Below, piece by piece: positions 30,376 through 41,349 of a DNA stretch of 64,000 nucleotides. Numbering within the stretch: position 1 is the first letter of the stretch; every line of letters starts with the position of its first letter. The stretch is taken from assembly GCA_963812135.1 (NCBI GenBank), contig CAWETU010000001.1, forward strand, positions 384,001-448,000. Reading direction: 5' to 3'. The notes under the pieces are model-generated. The model was given only the letters and a program-made list of their open reading frames with translations, made no database searches and was not told where the DNA came from. The translations under genes and the position numbers were made by a program. Source of the DNA: Vulcanimicrobiota bacterium (lineage in GTDB: Bacteria > Vulcanimicrobiota > Vulcanimicrobiia > Eremiobacterales > Eremiobacteraceae).

Positions 30376-31410
30376 GTGAAGAATCTGACTCTCACAGCGA
30401 TCATTTCGGCCGGCCTCGTCGTCGGCATCGCCCTCCCTGGTGTCGCGCTTGCCGACACGCAGTTCCTCGGCGCTGGTTCCACGTTTGATGCGCCGTTCTT
30501 CTCGCGCGCGTTCTATAAATACAGCCAAGACCACACCGGCGTTACGGTGAACTATGCGAGCATCGGCTCTGGAGGCGGTATCTCGCAGTTCACAGCCAAG
30601 ACCGTCGATTTCGGCGCCTCTGACGTGCCACTGACCAAGACGGAGCTTTCGGCGGCGACCGACGCCAACGGCGCAGTCGTCCAATTGCCTGTGACGTTGG
30701 GCGGAGTATGCATATCGTACAACGTGCCGGGCACGCCCAAGCATATCAAGATGACGCCCGCAGTGCTCGCGAACATAGCCCTAGGCCACGTGACGAATTG
30801 GAACGATCCGTCGATCGCCGCGGTCAACCCAGGCGTAAAGTTCCCGAATCTCGCGATTCTTTGGGTACATCGCGCCGATGCCAGCGGCACGTCGTACATC
30901 TTCACCGACTACATGTCGAAGATTAATCCCGAGTGGAAGACAAAAGTTGGAGTGGCTAAGTCAGTCAACTGGCCCGTCGGTGTCGGGGCCAAGGGTAACG
31001 AAGGCGTCGCCGGGCAACTGAGCAACTCTCCAGGCTCTGTTGGCTATATCGAGCTGGCCTACGCGCTGCAGAACGACATCGCGTATGCGGCCCTGCAGAA
31101 CAAGGCCGGCGCATACGTTCTACCTTCGATCGACTCGGTCCGCGCTGCCGCCGCTCAGAAGCCGGCGGTCAATCCGAACGATTTCTCGATCGTCGACCTG
31201 GATGGCAAAGACAGCTATCCGATTTCAGGATACTCCTGGATTATGGTATGGAAGAACCAGCCCGATCCGGCACGCGGCAAGCAGCTCACGGAGATGCTCA
31301 AGTGGCTTGTCACGGGCGGACAGCAATTAGCCACCGCTGTGAATTACGTCGATCTACCCGAGAACGTCCAAAGGGAGGCACTTAACGCCCTCGGATCGAT
31401 CCATTCCTGA
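30376..31410 (+). CDS. pstS: Phosphate ABC transporter substrate-binding protein
   Basis: GAGSTF, YASIGSGGG, DFGASD, HRADASGTS, GAKGNEGV, YPISGYSW. Confidence 0.97.
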   Translation: MKNLTLTAIISAGLVVGIALPGVALADTQFLGAGSTFDAPFFSRAFYKYSQDHTGVTVNYASIGSGGGISQFTAKTVDFGASDVPLTKTELSAATDANGAVVQLPVTLGGVCISYNVPGTPKHIKMTPAVLANIALGHVTNWNDPSIAAVNPGVKFPNLAILWVHRADASGTSYIFTDYMSKINPEWKTKVGVAKSVNWPVGVGAKGNEGVAGQLSNSPGSVGYIELAYALQNDIAYAALQNKAGAYVLPSIDSVRAAAAQKPAVNPNDFSIVDLDGKDSYPISGYSWIMVWKNQPDPARGKQLTEMLKWLVTGGQQLATAVNYVDLPENVQREALNALGSIHS

Positions 31411-31465
31411 CGCTGTGCAGATCATTAACAATCGTCAATAGGTCACCAACGAGGTCGAAGAGGCG

Positions 31466-32512
31466 GTGATGCGCCAGGCGACAAAGCCTGACCCCGTACC
31501 GCCTCAGCCCTTTTCAGCAGCGAAGACGGGGTTCATGTCGCAAGACGGCGTCGAACTGGTTGGTGCGTCTCCGGACGTGGCCGCGCGACGAGCCCGTTCG
31601 CACGGCTCGCCGTTCGGCGACCGACTGTTCATGCTGGTCCTCCACGGCGCTGCTTGGCTTGTCATCGCGATCATCTTCGCGGTGTTCGTGGTGCTCTTAC
31701 AAAAATCGCTTCCGGCGATTCACCAGATAGGCCTGAAGGCGTTTACGACGCTTTGGGATCCTAACGGATCCCACTACGGCGTACTGACATTCATCTACGG
31801 CACCGTCGTGACATCGGCTGTCGCACTGTTGGTCGCCGGACCTATCGGAATCGGTGCGGCCTTGTTCCTGGCCGAGCTTGCGCCGCGAAGACTTGCGACG
31901 CCGGTCGCCATGCTGATAGAGCTGCTGGCGGCCGTTCCAAGCGTCGTCTACGGGTTGTGGGGATTGTTCGCGCTCACGCCCGCGATTCGGCTCTTCATGG
32001 GACCTGCGCTGCAGAAAGCGTTCGGTTTTTTGCCGCTTTTCCAAGGACCTATTTATGGCGTCGGTTTCCTTGCCGGCGGTCTGATCCTGGCAATCATGGC
32101 GGTGCCGACGGTCGCCGCGATATCCCGCGACGTGTTTGAAGCCGTGCCCAACGACCAGCGCGAGGGCATGCTGGCGTTGGGGGCGACTAAGTGGGAGATG
32201 CTCACCCAAGCCGTATTGCCGTACTCGAGCTCCGGCGTCATCGGCGCACTCGTCCTCGGTCTGGGCCGTGCGCTCGGTGAAGCGATGGCAGTAGTCATGG
32301 TCATCGGCAACAAGCCGCAGATTGTCGCATCGCTATTCGCGCCAGGCTATACGATGGCCAGCGTGCTCGCCAATGAATTCTCCGAAGCGACCGGCAAGGT
32401 ATATATCTCCATGCTTATCGAGATCGGCCTACTTCTATTCGTGGTGAGCCTCATCGTCAACGTTCTCGCGCGCTTGCTGGTGTGGAACGCGAGCGGTCGG
32501 GGTCGCCGCTGA
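31466..32512 (+). CDS. pstC: Phosphate ABC transporter permease PstC
   Basis: ELLAAVPSVVYGLWG, ALGATKWE, LGRALGEAMAV; start could be 31469 or 31535. Confidence 0.96.
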   Translation: MMRQATKPDPVPPQPFSAAKTGFMSQDGVELVGASPDVAARRARSHGSPFGDRLFMLVLHGAAWLVIAIIFAVFVVLLQKSLPAIHQIGLKAFTTLWDPNGSHYGVLTFIYGTVVTSAVALLVAGPIGIGAALFLAELAPRRLATPVAMLIELLAAVPSVVYGLWGLFALTPAIRLFMGPALQKAFGFLPLFQGPIYGVGFLAGGLILAIMAVPTVAAISRDVFEAVPNDQREGMLALGATKWEMLTQAVLPYSSSGVIGALVLGLGRALGEAMAVVMVIGNKPQIVASLFAPGYTMASVLANEFSEATGKVYISMLIEIGLLLFVVSLIVNVLARLLVWNASGRGRR

Positions 32513-33363
32513 TGATCAATCTCAAGTCGATTGCCGTCCGCAAGGTATGGAGCGGTTTCATGATTGCTATCAGCGCGCTGTGCGCGCTGCTGTGCGGCGC
32601 GGTGCTTGTGACCGTTGTGATCTACGTCATCGGAAGAGGCTATAAGGCGCTCAACTGGGACTTCTTCACGAAACTGCCGTTGCCGGTGGGCATGACGGGC
32701 GGCGGCGTCGCCAACGCGATCGTCGGATCACTTGAAATTATAGCTATGGCATCTCTCGTCTCAGTGCCCATCGGCGTAATGGCCGGCATCTATCTTGCGC
32801 TCTTCGGCAGGGGCCGACTCGCGGCGTCGGTACGCTTCTACAGCGACGTGCTCACGGGCATGCCATCGATCGCCGTCGGTGTTTTCGCCTACTCGCTGAT
32901 CGTCATACCGAGCGGGCATTTCTCCGCGCACTCGGCCGCGGTGGCCCTGGCGGTTATCATGTTGCCAATCATCGTGCGCACGACCGAGGAAGCGGTCCGG
33001 CTTGTGCCCGGCGTGATCCGCGAGGGCGCCTTAGCGCTCGGGATTCCCGCGTGGAAGGCGACGCTTTTGGTAACTGTTCCAGTTGCACGCGCCGGCATCG
33101 TCACGGGTGTACTTCTCGCGGTGGCGCGTGTCGCGGGCGAATCCGCGCCGCTGCTATTTACCGCGTTCGGCAGTCAGTATTGGCCACGGGGTCTGGCTTC
33201 GCCGACCGCAGCGCTGCCGCTCATCATCTTCCAATACGCGATCTCTCCATACCACGACTGGCAGCAGATCGCGTGGGGCTGTGCGCTCGTGCTCGTAGCG
33301 CTGGTGTTCGCCCTGAATCTAATCGCCCGGTTCGCCTTCTCAGGGCGTGTGTCGGCGAATTGA
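32512..33363 (+). CDS. pstA: Phosphate ABC transporter permease PstA
   Basis: [32 protein letters not shown]. Confidence 0.96.
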   Translation: MINLKSIAVRKVWSGFMIAISALCALLCGAVLVTVVIYVIGRGYKALNWDFFTKLPLPVGMTGGGVANAIVGSLEIIAMASLVSVPIGVMAGIYLALFGRGRLAASVRFYSDVLTGMPSIAVGVFAYSLIVIPSGHFSAHSAAVALAVIMLPIIVRTTEEAVRLVPGVIREGALALGIPAWKATLLVTVPVARAGIVTGVLLAVARVAGESAPLLFTAFGSQYWPRGLASPTAALPLIIFQYAISPYHDWQQIAWGCALVLVALVFALNLIARFAFSGRVSAN

Positions 33364-33379
33364 GAATGAAAAGGTGGAA

Positions 33380-34189
33380 ATGGCGACGACAATGACGATG
33401 TCCGGGACTGAGATCGCGACGAAGCTTGAGGTCAAGAACCTGAGCGCCTATTACGGCAAACACCTCGCCGTAAGCGGGGTCAACATGTATTTTGAACCTG
33501 GCGCCATCACAGCGTTGATCGGACCGTCTGGCTGCGGCAAGTCGACGCTGCTACGTTGCCTCAACCGCATGCACGAAGTGATTCCCAACGCGCGCGTCGA
33601 GGGCGAGGTGCTGCTGGACGGAAAGAATCTCTACGAGCCAGGCGTGGACCCCACGGACACGCGCCGACGCATCGGCATGGTGTTCCAACGCCCGAACCCG
33701 TTTCCGACGATGAACATCGTTGACAATGTGCTTGCCGGAGTACGTCTGGCGGGCAGGCCGCCCGGAGACGCCACGCTCGAGGATATCGCCGAGAAAAGCT
33801 TGCGCCGCGCGGCGCTCTGGGATGAGGTCAAAGACAAGCTCACCAAGGCGGGCACGTCTCTGTCAGGTGGACAACAGCAGCGGCTGTGCATCGCGCGCGC
33901 GCTGGCAGTGGACCCAGAAGTTCTGCTGATGGATGAGCCCGCCTCGGCGCTCGATCCGATCTCGACCGTGAAGATCGAAGAGCTCATGCGCGAGCTGCGG
34001 GGGGCCTATACGATCGTCATCGTGACCCACAACATGCAGCAGGCGGCGCGCTGTTCGGACTTCACCGGTTTCATGCTGGCCGGCGAAGCCGCGACTGGCG
34101 AATTGGTGGAATTCGACTCGACTTCAAAGATGTTCACCACGCCCAAAGAAAAGCGAACAGAAGATTACATCACTGGGCGCTTCGGTTAA
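33380..34189 (+). CDS. pstB: Phosphate ABC transporter ATP-binding protein
   Basis: [47 protein letters not shown]. Confidence 0.97.
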   Translation: MATTMTMSGTEIATKLEVKNLSAYYGKHLAVSGVNMYFEPGAITALIGPSGCGKSTLLRCLNRMHEVIPNARVEGEVLLDGKNLYEPGVDPTDTRRRIGMVFQRPNPFPTMNIVDNVLAGVRLAGRPPGDATLEDIAEKSLRRAALWDEVKDKLTKAGTSLSGGQQQRLCIARALAVDPEVLLMDEPASALDPISTVKIEELMRELRGAYTIVIVTHNMQQAARCSDFTGFMLAGEAATGELVEFDSTSKMFTTPKEKRTEDYITGRFG

Positions 34190-34213
34190 TACAGGCATAA
34201 TCCGGACTTAATC
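34185..34213 (+). promoter_or_regulatory. Probable Pho box upstream of the TonB-dependent receptor
   Basis: GTTAAT 34185, CATAAT 34196, CTTAAT 34207 at 11-bp spacing, resembling the pstS array. Confidence 0.6.
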
Positions 34214-34335
34214 CCGCCCGCCTAGCATCGGAGCTAGGACGGAGACCGCCCGCGTCCCCTCTCGCGTTGCCGCGGACCATTCATGTAGGCCGGCAACGAC
34301 GCGTTCGCTACGTAACCGCCGTCCGGAAAGAGCCG

Positions 34336-37131
34336 ATGTTGTTGAAACGGATTTCTATTGCCGCGTGCGCGCTTGCCGCGGCCTTTTTGTTTCTCGCGCC
34401 GTCGATCGCATCAGCGGACGGATTCACCGTCAAGGGCAAAGTGGTCGACGCGGCCACCGGCCTGCCGTTGGTCGGCGTGAAGCTCACGACCGTCGGCCCG
34501 ACCGTCACTTCGGCGACGTCCAACAGCGCCGGACGCTTCGAGTTCGATAACCTCGCGAGCGGCACGTACAGCTTGCAGATGGGGCTTGCGGGCTACGACA
34601 ACACGTTGTCGGAAGAATTCGCCGTCGGAACAGGCGTCTCGTTGCCGCTCACGCTTGCGATGCAGCGCACGACGCAGAGCTCGCAGATCCGCACGCTCGG
34701 CCGCACCACCGTCACGGCGGCGGCGTCGCTCCAAAAAGCGACCGTCATCTACAAGCAAGTGTCCGGCAATACGTTGCAACGCCAGGGCGTCACGCGCACC
34801 GGCGACGCCGTTCGCGCGCTGGGAGGCGTCGACAACACGTCAAGCGATTCGGCGAGCTTCGGCGACGACGTGCATCTGGCTATCCGCGGCATCGGCGATC
34901 TCGAGACCGTCTCGCTCATCGATGGTCACCCGGTCGCGCTCGGCCTCTCGGGCGGCCTCAACTACGAGATCAGTCCCTCCTTCGCGCTTCGCGCGGTCAG
35001 CGTGGTCTATGGCGCGGGCGGCGGCGACCTCTACGGCGTCGACGCGATCGGCGGCGTGGTCGACATGCAGACGCTCGATCCGACGCGCACGCCGCAGTAC
35101 GTGTTCACCCAAGGATGGGGCACCTTCGACAAGCTGACGAGCTCTCTGACGGGCACGGGTACTCTCGGCGGCGATCGCTGGGGATACGCGTTCGCGCTCG
35201 GTACGCAAGGCATCAACGGGCCGATCAAAAATACCGTGTTTTTCCAACCGGCCGCCGCGTTCGATCCATCCGCCACCGCACCAAACGTCGTCGCGGCCGA
35301 CCAATATCAGGTCAATTCGAACATCGTCAACCGCTCGATGCTGTACAAGCTGCGCTACGGCCTCGGCACCAACGCGCATCTCACCGCAGTCGCGTTGTCG
35401 AGCTACTACTGGGACAACAAGACCGGCAACGGCGACGGCGACTTCCTGCCGATGAACACCGCGCAAGCGATCGGCGCCCAGCGCCTCGCGGGCTACACGC
35501 CGGCCGGCAACGCGCCACCGTTCAACGCGCTCAACCCGCCGGATTGCCCGGCCGGCACGTTCGTCGGCTCGGGAACCGGCGGAAACGCATACGGCTACGG
35601 ACTCGACGGCGTGACGCCCGACGGCGGCACGACGTGCGTGACGCCACAGCAATGGGCCAATCTCAACTCGGGCTGGCAAGGTGCGGGACCTGCGTGGCAA
35701 GGGTTCACCAATCAGGACTATCAGGTGAAGTTCGACGCCACGTTCGGGCCTGGTACGCTGAACGTCAACGGCTTCCAGGATCTCTACGCGCATGTGTACG
35801 ATCGCACCAATGAGCTGCCGTTCTTGCTGGTGCCACCGGCGACGCCGCTCGGTCCGGGCTGCAATCCGAGTTGCACACTGGCGTCCAATCCGTTCTGGTA
35901 TAACGAGGCGATGAACAACGCCGGCGTCATCGGCACCTATAACATCGTCGGGCAGCAGAACGAATTCGGCTTCGGCGGCTACTACGACAACACGCGCAGC
36001 AAGTTCTCGAACGTCGGCGTTCCGGCGCCAAGTCCAGGAGCGTACGAGACCAGCGCGTTCTTTCGCGATTCATGGCACCCGACCAATTCGCCGCTCACAA
36101 CCTACGTGAGTGCGTACTTCAAGCACTCGACCGTGACGAACACGTCGTTCGTCGATCCACGCATCGCGTTCGTCGCGAACAAGCCCAACGATGTGTATCG
36201 CGCCGCCTTCGGCTACGTCAGCACGCAACCAACGCTCAGCGATGTCTTCTCGCCGTTCTCCCCGTCAGCACCAGGTTCGCTGGCAGGCAACGTGCGCTGC
36301 GGCACGCTGAACTCGGTCGGCAGCGGCGGCAACCCGGGCGTCGGGCCCGAGCGCGCGAGCGATACCGAATTCAGTTGGGGCCATAGTTTCGGCGGGGACT
36401 CGACCCTCCAGCTGTCGTTGTACTCCGAGCCGATCTACAATCAGCTCTACACGCAGACGATTCCCGTGATGAACTTCCCGTCGAGCTTCTTCGGTCCAAA
36501 CGGCTATGCGACCGACCTCAACTCGTACACGGGCATCTACACCGCGAACTGCGGCGGCACGGCAGCGCAAGCACTGCAGTTCCTCGGCGTCGACGGCGTC
36601 GTCAACATCGGCTCCGGACAAGCCGAAGGCATCGACCTCCAGGGCCGCCAGCGGATAACCCGGCAGTTCTTCGTCGACTATGGCTACGCGACGAACTCCA
36701 GCATGCCGCTACAAGTGCCGGCGAGCATCCTGCAAGGCAACTTGACGCTCGTGCCAGGCTCACAGTTGCCGGGGATCCCGCTGCACAAGGTCAACTTCGC
36801 GTTCGACTACACGTTCGGCAAGGGTCTCGAAGCGCGCAGCGAGACGTACTTCGTGTCCTTCAACAATCCGAAGAACCTACCGGCATACAACTACACGAAC
36901 CTCATCCTGTCGGCGAACACCGGACAGCGCGGCGTGTTCACAGCGATCATCAACAACTTATTCCAGCAGAACGCGTTCTCGCAGGGCCTGATCGGCAATG
37001 GGTATCCGCACGCGCTCAACCAATATGCGTCGCCGTCGGACTACACGCCGCTGATCGGGGCCGGGGCGACGGAAGAGTTCGGCCTCACGTCACGCACCCT
37101 CGAGTTCATCTACAGCTACAAACTTCACTGA
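34336..37131 (+). CDS. TonB-dependent outer-membrane receptor with N-terminal carboxypeptidase-regulatory-like domain
   Basis: Signal peptide; VKGKVVDAATGLPL; plug motifs IRGIG, LIDGHPV and DAIGGVVD; C-terminal NNLF...RTLEFIYSYKL beta strand. Confidence 0.88.
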   Translation: MLLKRISIAACALAAAFLFLAPSIASADGFTVKGKVVDAATGLPLVGVKLTTVGPTVTSATSNSAGRFEFDNLASGTYSLQMGLAGYDNTLSEEFAVGTGVSLPLTLAMQRTTQSSQIRTLGRTTVTAAASLQKATVIYKQVSGNTLQRQGVTRTGDAVRALGGVDNTSSDSASFGDDVHLAIRGIGDLETVSLIDGHPVALGLSGGLNYEISPSFALRAVSVVYGAGGGDLYGVDAIGGVVDMQTLDPTRTPQYVFTQGWGTFDKLTSSLTGTGTLGGDRWGYAFALGTQGINGPIKNTVFFQPAAAFDPSATAPNVVAADQYQVNSNIVNRSMLYKLRYGLGTNAHLTAVALSSYYWDNKTGNGDGDFLPMNTAQAIGAQRLAGYTPAGNAPPFNALNPPDCPAGTFVGSGTGGNAYGYGLDGVTPDGGTTCVTPQQWANLNSGWQGAGPAWQGFTNQDYQVKFDATFGPGTLNVNGFQDLYAHVYDRTNELPFLLVPPATPLGPGCNPSCTLASNPFWYNEAMNNAGVIGTYNIVGQQNEFGFGGYYDNTRSKFSNVGVPAPSPGAYETSAFFRDSWHPTNSPLTTYVSAYFKHSTVTNTSFVDPRIAFVANKPNDVYRAAFGYVSTQPTLSDVFSPFSPSAPGSLAGNVRCGTLNSVGSGGNPGVGPERASDTEFSWGHSFGGDSTLQLSLYSEPIYNQLYTQTIPVMNFPSSFFGPNGYATDLNSYTGIYTANCGGTAAQALQFLGVDGVVNIGSGQAEGIDLQGRQRITRQFFVDYGYATNSSMPLQVPASILQGNLTLVPGSQLPGIPLHKVNFAFDYTFGKGLEARSETYFVSFNNPKNLPAYNYTNLILSANTGQRGVFTAIINNLFQQNAFSQGLIGNGYPHALNQYASPSDYTPLIGAGATEEFGLTSRTLEFIYSYKLH

Positions 37132-37148
37132 GACTTCGTGTCACGACG

Positions 37149-37224
37149 GCGCCGGTGGTTGCGACCCACCGGCGCGCCCCGCCGCCGCAGCCGGATATCC
37201 CCCCGGCGCGGCGGACCTTTTTTT
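37149..37224 (+). terminator. Tandem hairpins, the second an intrinsic-terminator-like stem with T7 tract
   Basis: GCGCCGGTGG/CCACCGGCGC (37149-37175); CCGCCGCAGCCGG/CCGGCGCGGCGG followed by TTTTTTT (37182-37224). Confidence 0.65.
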
Positions 37225-37256
37225 CCGCGCTCGCTTTGAAGCGAGAGGGAGTTCTC

Positions 37257-39659
37257 ATGCATCGGACGTGCGCCGCGATCTCAAGCCTCCTCGCGACCGC
37301 CATCGCGGTCGTCGCGGCAAGCACCGCCGATGCGGCGACGCTGCCCGACGGGCGCTCCGTGACGCCGGCTGGATTCACGACGCCGGTCGAGGGCTTCGCG
37401 TCCTCGGAAGCGCTCTCACCCGACGGCGCGTACCTCGCGGTCTTGTCGCAAGATGGCGGCGCGATCGATATCATCGTCGTCGGCGAGCACTCGCAGCTCG
37501 TGCAGCGTTTGGCCGTGCCGTGGGCGAGCGCGATGACATGGACGACGGACGGGCTCTATGTGACGCGCGGCTATAGCGGAAGCATTGCACGATTCAGCTA
37601 CGATCCGAAAGCCGACGTTGAATCCGTTGACCTCAAAGGGCGCCGATCTGCAAGTCGGCGGCCTGCTCAACGGGATCGCTGAGGACCCGGCGACGCATCG
37701 CATTCTGGTCGCAAGGACAGCGGCGCACGAAGTCGCCGTGCTGGACGATCAGACCGGCGCCGTCACCACTCGGCTCGCGGCGAGCGGCCAACCGTTTCGC
37801 GTCGGGTTTGCCGGCGGCAGCGTGCTGGCGACGCTCTACAACTCGGATCACGTGGACGCGTGGCCTGCAGGCGCGACGAGCCCGACCCACATCGCCACGG
37901 GACCGCATCCCACCGCGCTGCTGATCGACGGCACGCGCGCCTTCGTCGCGAACGCCGACGGCCACGACGTCAGCATGATCGATATGAACTTACGACGTCT
38001 GTCGCGCCGCTTCGACCTCGGCATGACGCGCGACCAACCGCCGGGGCAAACGCCATCGGGGATGGCGCTCTCGGCCGATCGCAAGCGCCTGTTCGTCGCC
38101 GAATCGGGCTTCAACGACGTCGCGGTCGTGGACATGGACAGCGGCAAAGTGCTCGGACGCATCCCGACGGCATGGTATCCGATGGATGTCATCTTCGTGG
38201 CGGGCTCGACGATCGACGACGATCCGCGGATCAAGCCGCAGCTGTTCATCGTGAGCGCGCAAGGTCTGGGCTCGCAACCGAATCCGGGCTCCGAATGGGA
38301 TGGCGTCTACACCGGCCTGATCCAACATCTCGTGGTCGAGCCGGCGCGCTTCGAGCAATGGTCCGCGACCGTCGCGCGCAACGACCGCCTCAACGCCGCG
38401 CCGGCGACGGCGGGCGCAGCCATGCCGCCGATCAAGCATTTCATCTTCATCGTCCGCGAGAACAAGCACTTCGATGAGTTGTTCGGCGATGTTCCCGCGG
38501 CCAACTCGGATCCATTGCTCTGCCTGTACGGGCGCAAGTACACGCCTAACGCGCACGCACTCGCCGATCGCTACACCCTGTTCGACAACTTCATGGGCAA
38601 CGGCGAGAAGAGCGACTTCGGCCATGCGTGGACCACGGAAGGCGTCGCGAACGACTATCTCGAGCGCAACGGCCATACACCTGACGACGCCGCGACGAAG
38701 GACGATGCCCGCGTGGCCGGTTCGATATGGCCAGTCTACCTCTTCGGCGAAGACGCAGTCCCCGTTGCGACGATGGATTTCGATTGGTTCAAGAACCTCA
38801 TCGCGCTGGCGCATGGTCCGCGAGTCAACGTGAGCGCGGTTTTCGGTCCTCGCGGCGAGCTCATCGACGAGCTGCGCCGGCATAACGTGAGTTTCCGCGT
38901 CTATGGCGAGCAGATGACCATGCTGTCGAGCGGCGCGATCGCGCCAGGTCTGGCCGCGCACGCCGCGCAGGACTATCCCGGCGCGCATATCGATTTCGAC
39001 ATCCTCGACACCGCGCGCGCGAAACTGTTCCTCGCCGACGTCCAAAAGAACGGACTCGCGCAATACTCGTATCTCACGCTGCCGACCGATCACACCGCCG
39101 GCTTCGATCCGGGCTTCTACACACCGGCGTCGTACGTCGCGAGCAACGATGTCGCGCTCGGCGAAATCGTCGCCGGGCTCTCGAAGCGGCCGGAATGGCG
39201 CGGCACGCTGATCTTCGTGACGACGGATGACCCGCAGGGCACGGGCGACCATGTCGATTCCCACCGCATGCCGGCGCTGCTCATCGGGCCATACGCGCGC
39301 CACGGGCACATCGACCACACGCGATACAGCTTGCCATCGGTGTTGCGGACGGTCGAGCTCGCGTTCGGATTGCAGCCGCTGAACATCTACGACGCGATGG
39401 CGACCCCGCTGCTGGACGCCCTCGGCGCCCAACCGGCCGTGGCGCGTTACACGCGCTTCCTTCTAATATCGCGATGACGCGCAACCCCGGTAAGCGCAAG
39501 GGCACGTCGTTCATGCTCGACGGCCCGGACTCGGCCCGCATCCCCGATGAGGAATGGGCCTCGATCAAAGGAAGCTCGTCGCTCGCCGACCATGTCGCGT
39601 ATCTCAGCAAGCTGTCAGCGACGTTGGCCGCAGATCCGGACGCCCTCACGCGCTTCTAA
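37257..39659 (+). CDS. Secreted YVTN/YncE beta-propeller plus phosphoesterase/alkaline-phosphatase-superfamily protein (about 800 aa, two frameshifts)
   Basis: Signal peptide and LPDGRSVTPAG; propeller repeats; IKHFIFIVRENKHFD, TPNAHALA, DNFM, LPTDHT, DDPQGTGDHVDSHR; frame breaks near 37605-37640 and 39453. Confidence 0.8.
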
Positions 39660-39694
39660 GAGGGGGCGCCCCGCGCGTCCGCTAACGCCATAGC

Positions 39695-40513
39695 GTGTCT
39701 CTCGCTGCAGAACGCTTTTTGGTGGCGGCGGCACGTTTGTGCGCCGTCCTGGTCGTCGCGATCCAGCCAGTCGTCATCATCATCTTGGTCATCGCGACCG
39801 TGGGCGCATTGATCCATGGCGTCACGATTTCATCCAACGGATTCATCTGGCTGACGACGGCGACGGTGGGGCTGGCGCTCGTCGGGGCGACACTCGGCAC
39901 GGCGCTCGGCGTCGGCGGCTCGCTGTACGCCGAAGAGATCGCGCCCGCGGCGGCGCGGCAGATCATCAAGGGGCTGGTAGGCGGCCTGCACGCGCTGCCC
40001 GCCGTCGGTTTCGGCGTCGCGGCCGCCGGCGTGCTGCTCGTGACGCCGGTCGTGCCCAATACCGCGCTGACGTTCGCGATCGCTTCGATCGTCATCACGG
40101 CGATGATCGCCTCGGTCGTGTTCGTGCAGACCCGTCGCGCCCTTGCGGCCCTGCCGCCTGAGCTGCGCGAAGTGGCCGCCGCAGCGGGCGCAGATCCCGT
40201 GAACGCGGCGGTGCGCGCGGTCTTACCGGCGTTGCAGCGCAACGTCGCGGGCATCTGGTGGTCTGCGCTCGCCCTTGCGTTGGGCGAGGCGACCGCGCTG
40301 CAGATCATCTTCAGCGCGGCATCCATGAAAGCAGCGGCTGTCGGCATGCCGCCGGTCGCGGGAACGCTCGCGAGCACCTTGCTGCAGGTCGGCGCGTCTG
40401 AACGAGGCGCGGCGCTGCTCGGCACGGCGCCGGTGGCGTTGCTGCTCGTCGCAATGGCGATCGCGGCCGTCCTTCTCGGCCGCCGCGCGGTTGGGCACGT
40501 GCAATGGCCGTGA
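39695..40513 (+). CDS. Divergent PstC-like ABC permease
   Basis: YAEEIAP, LHALPAVGFG, EAA loop LREVAAAAGA, ALALGEATAL (GRALGE lacking the Arg). Confidence 0.8.
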   Translation: MSLAAERFLVAAARLCAVLVVAIQPVVIIILVIATVGALIHGVTISSNGFIWLTTATVGLALVGATLGTALGVGGSLYAEEIAPAAARQIIKGLVGGLHALPAVGFGVAAAGVLLVTPVVPNTALTFAIASIVITAMIASVVFVQTRRALAALPPELREVAAAAGADPVNAAVRAVLPALQRNVAGIWWSALALALGEATALQIIFSAASMKAAAVGMPPVAGTLASTLLQVGASERGAALLGTAPVALLLVAMAIAAVLLGRRAVGHVQWP

Positions 40514-41349
40514 CCGCGCTACGCGCCACGATCCCACCCGCGCGTGTGGCGCAACCGCTCACCGCGATCGTCCTCGCGACGTGCGCCGCGATCCTGTGCT
40601 TCTCGATCGTGGCGATCCTCGGCTGGCTTGCGCTCACGGGGATTCCGAACAGCCTGCGCGTGCTCAACCCGCATTATCCAGGTTCGGTGTTGGCGCCGGT
40701 CGCGGCGACGATCTACGTCACGGTGCTCGCGTTGCCACCGACGATCATCGTCGGCGTGTTCGCGGCGATCGCGGCGACCGAGGTGCGCATCTTCGGCATC
40801 GCGGCGGCCGGCATGCGCAGCGCGCTCGCCTTGCTGGGCAGCCTGCCGACCATCGTCGTCGCGTTCGCAGCGGTGATCGGCGTGAACGCGCTGGGCTGGC
40901 ACCCGAGCCTGACGGGAGCGGCCTTTTTGCTTGCGGCGATCAACATGCCGCTCATGACGGCTTTGGCGGTCGACGCGCTCAGTCGCAAGTCGATGGACGT
41001 GCGTGAGGCCGCCAGCGCGCTTGGCGCATCGCCGATGTTCATCGTGCGCCGCGTGCTCTTGCCGAAGTCCGGCGCGCGGCTCGGCAGCGCGATCATCATC
41101 GTGGCCACGCAGCTGATCGGTGCGGCTGCGGCCGTCGCCATCGTGGCCGGCGCGCTCGTGCCGCGCAGCAGCGGCGCTGCGCCCGTCGGAGCTTGGCCGC
41201 TCGCGGTGCACGTGTGGATCCGGGGCGGCGATATCGGCGGCTACGGCGCCACGGCCGCCGCCGCGCTGTTCCTCGGCTTGATGATCTGGTTCTTGCAAGG
41301 CGTGGCTCGGTTGCGCGCAAGCCCAGATGCCCGTCGGGAGGTGCGATGA
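40504..41349 (+). CDS. Divergent PstA-like ABC permease
   Basis: LGSLPTIVV, NMPLM, VREAASALGAS, RVLLP; ARxxGE replaced by TQLIGA; start could be GTG 40510. Confidence 0.78.
   Translation: MAVTALRATIPPARVAQPLTAIVLATCAAILCFSIVAILGWLALTGIPNSLRVLNPHYPGSVLAPVAATIYVTVLALPPTIIVGVFAAIAATEVRIFGIAAAGMRSALALLGSLPTIVVAFAAVIGVNALGWHPSLTGAAFLLAAINMPLMTALAVDALSRKSMDVREAASALGASPMFIVRRVLLPKSGARLGSAIIIVATQLIGAAAAVAIVAGALVPRSSGAAPVGAWPLAVHVWIRGGDIGGYGATAAAALFLGLMIWFLQGVARLRASPDARREVR

Noticed and set aside
31424..31448. Possible Pho box between pstS and pstC (ATTAACA, GTCAATA)
   Set aside because: Only one good unit, and the spacing is not 11 bp
14799..39659. Programmed frameshifting or pseudogenisation in the LptA-like and phosphoesterase genes
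   Set aside because: No slippery heptamer at the breaks, and similar indels occur in the core gene atpF, so sequencing error is more likely
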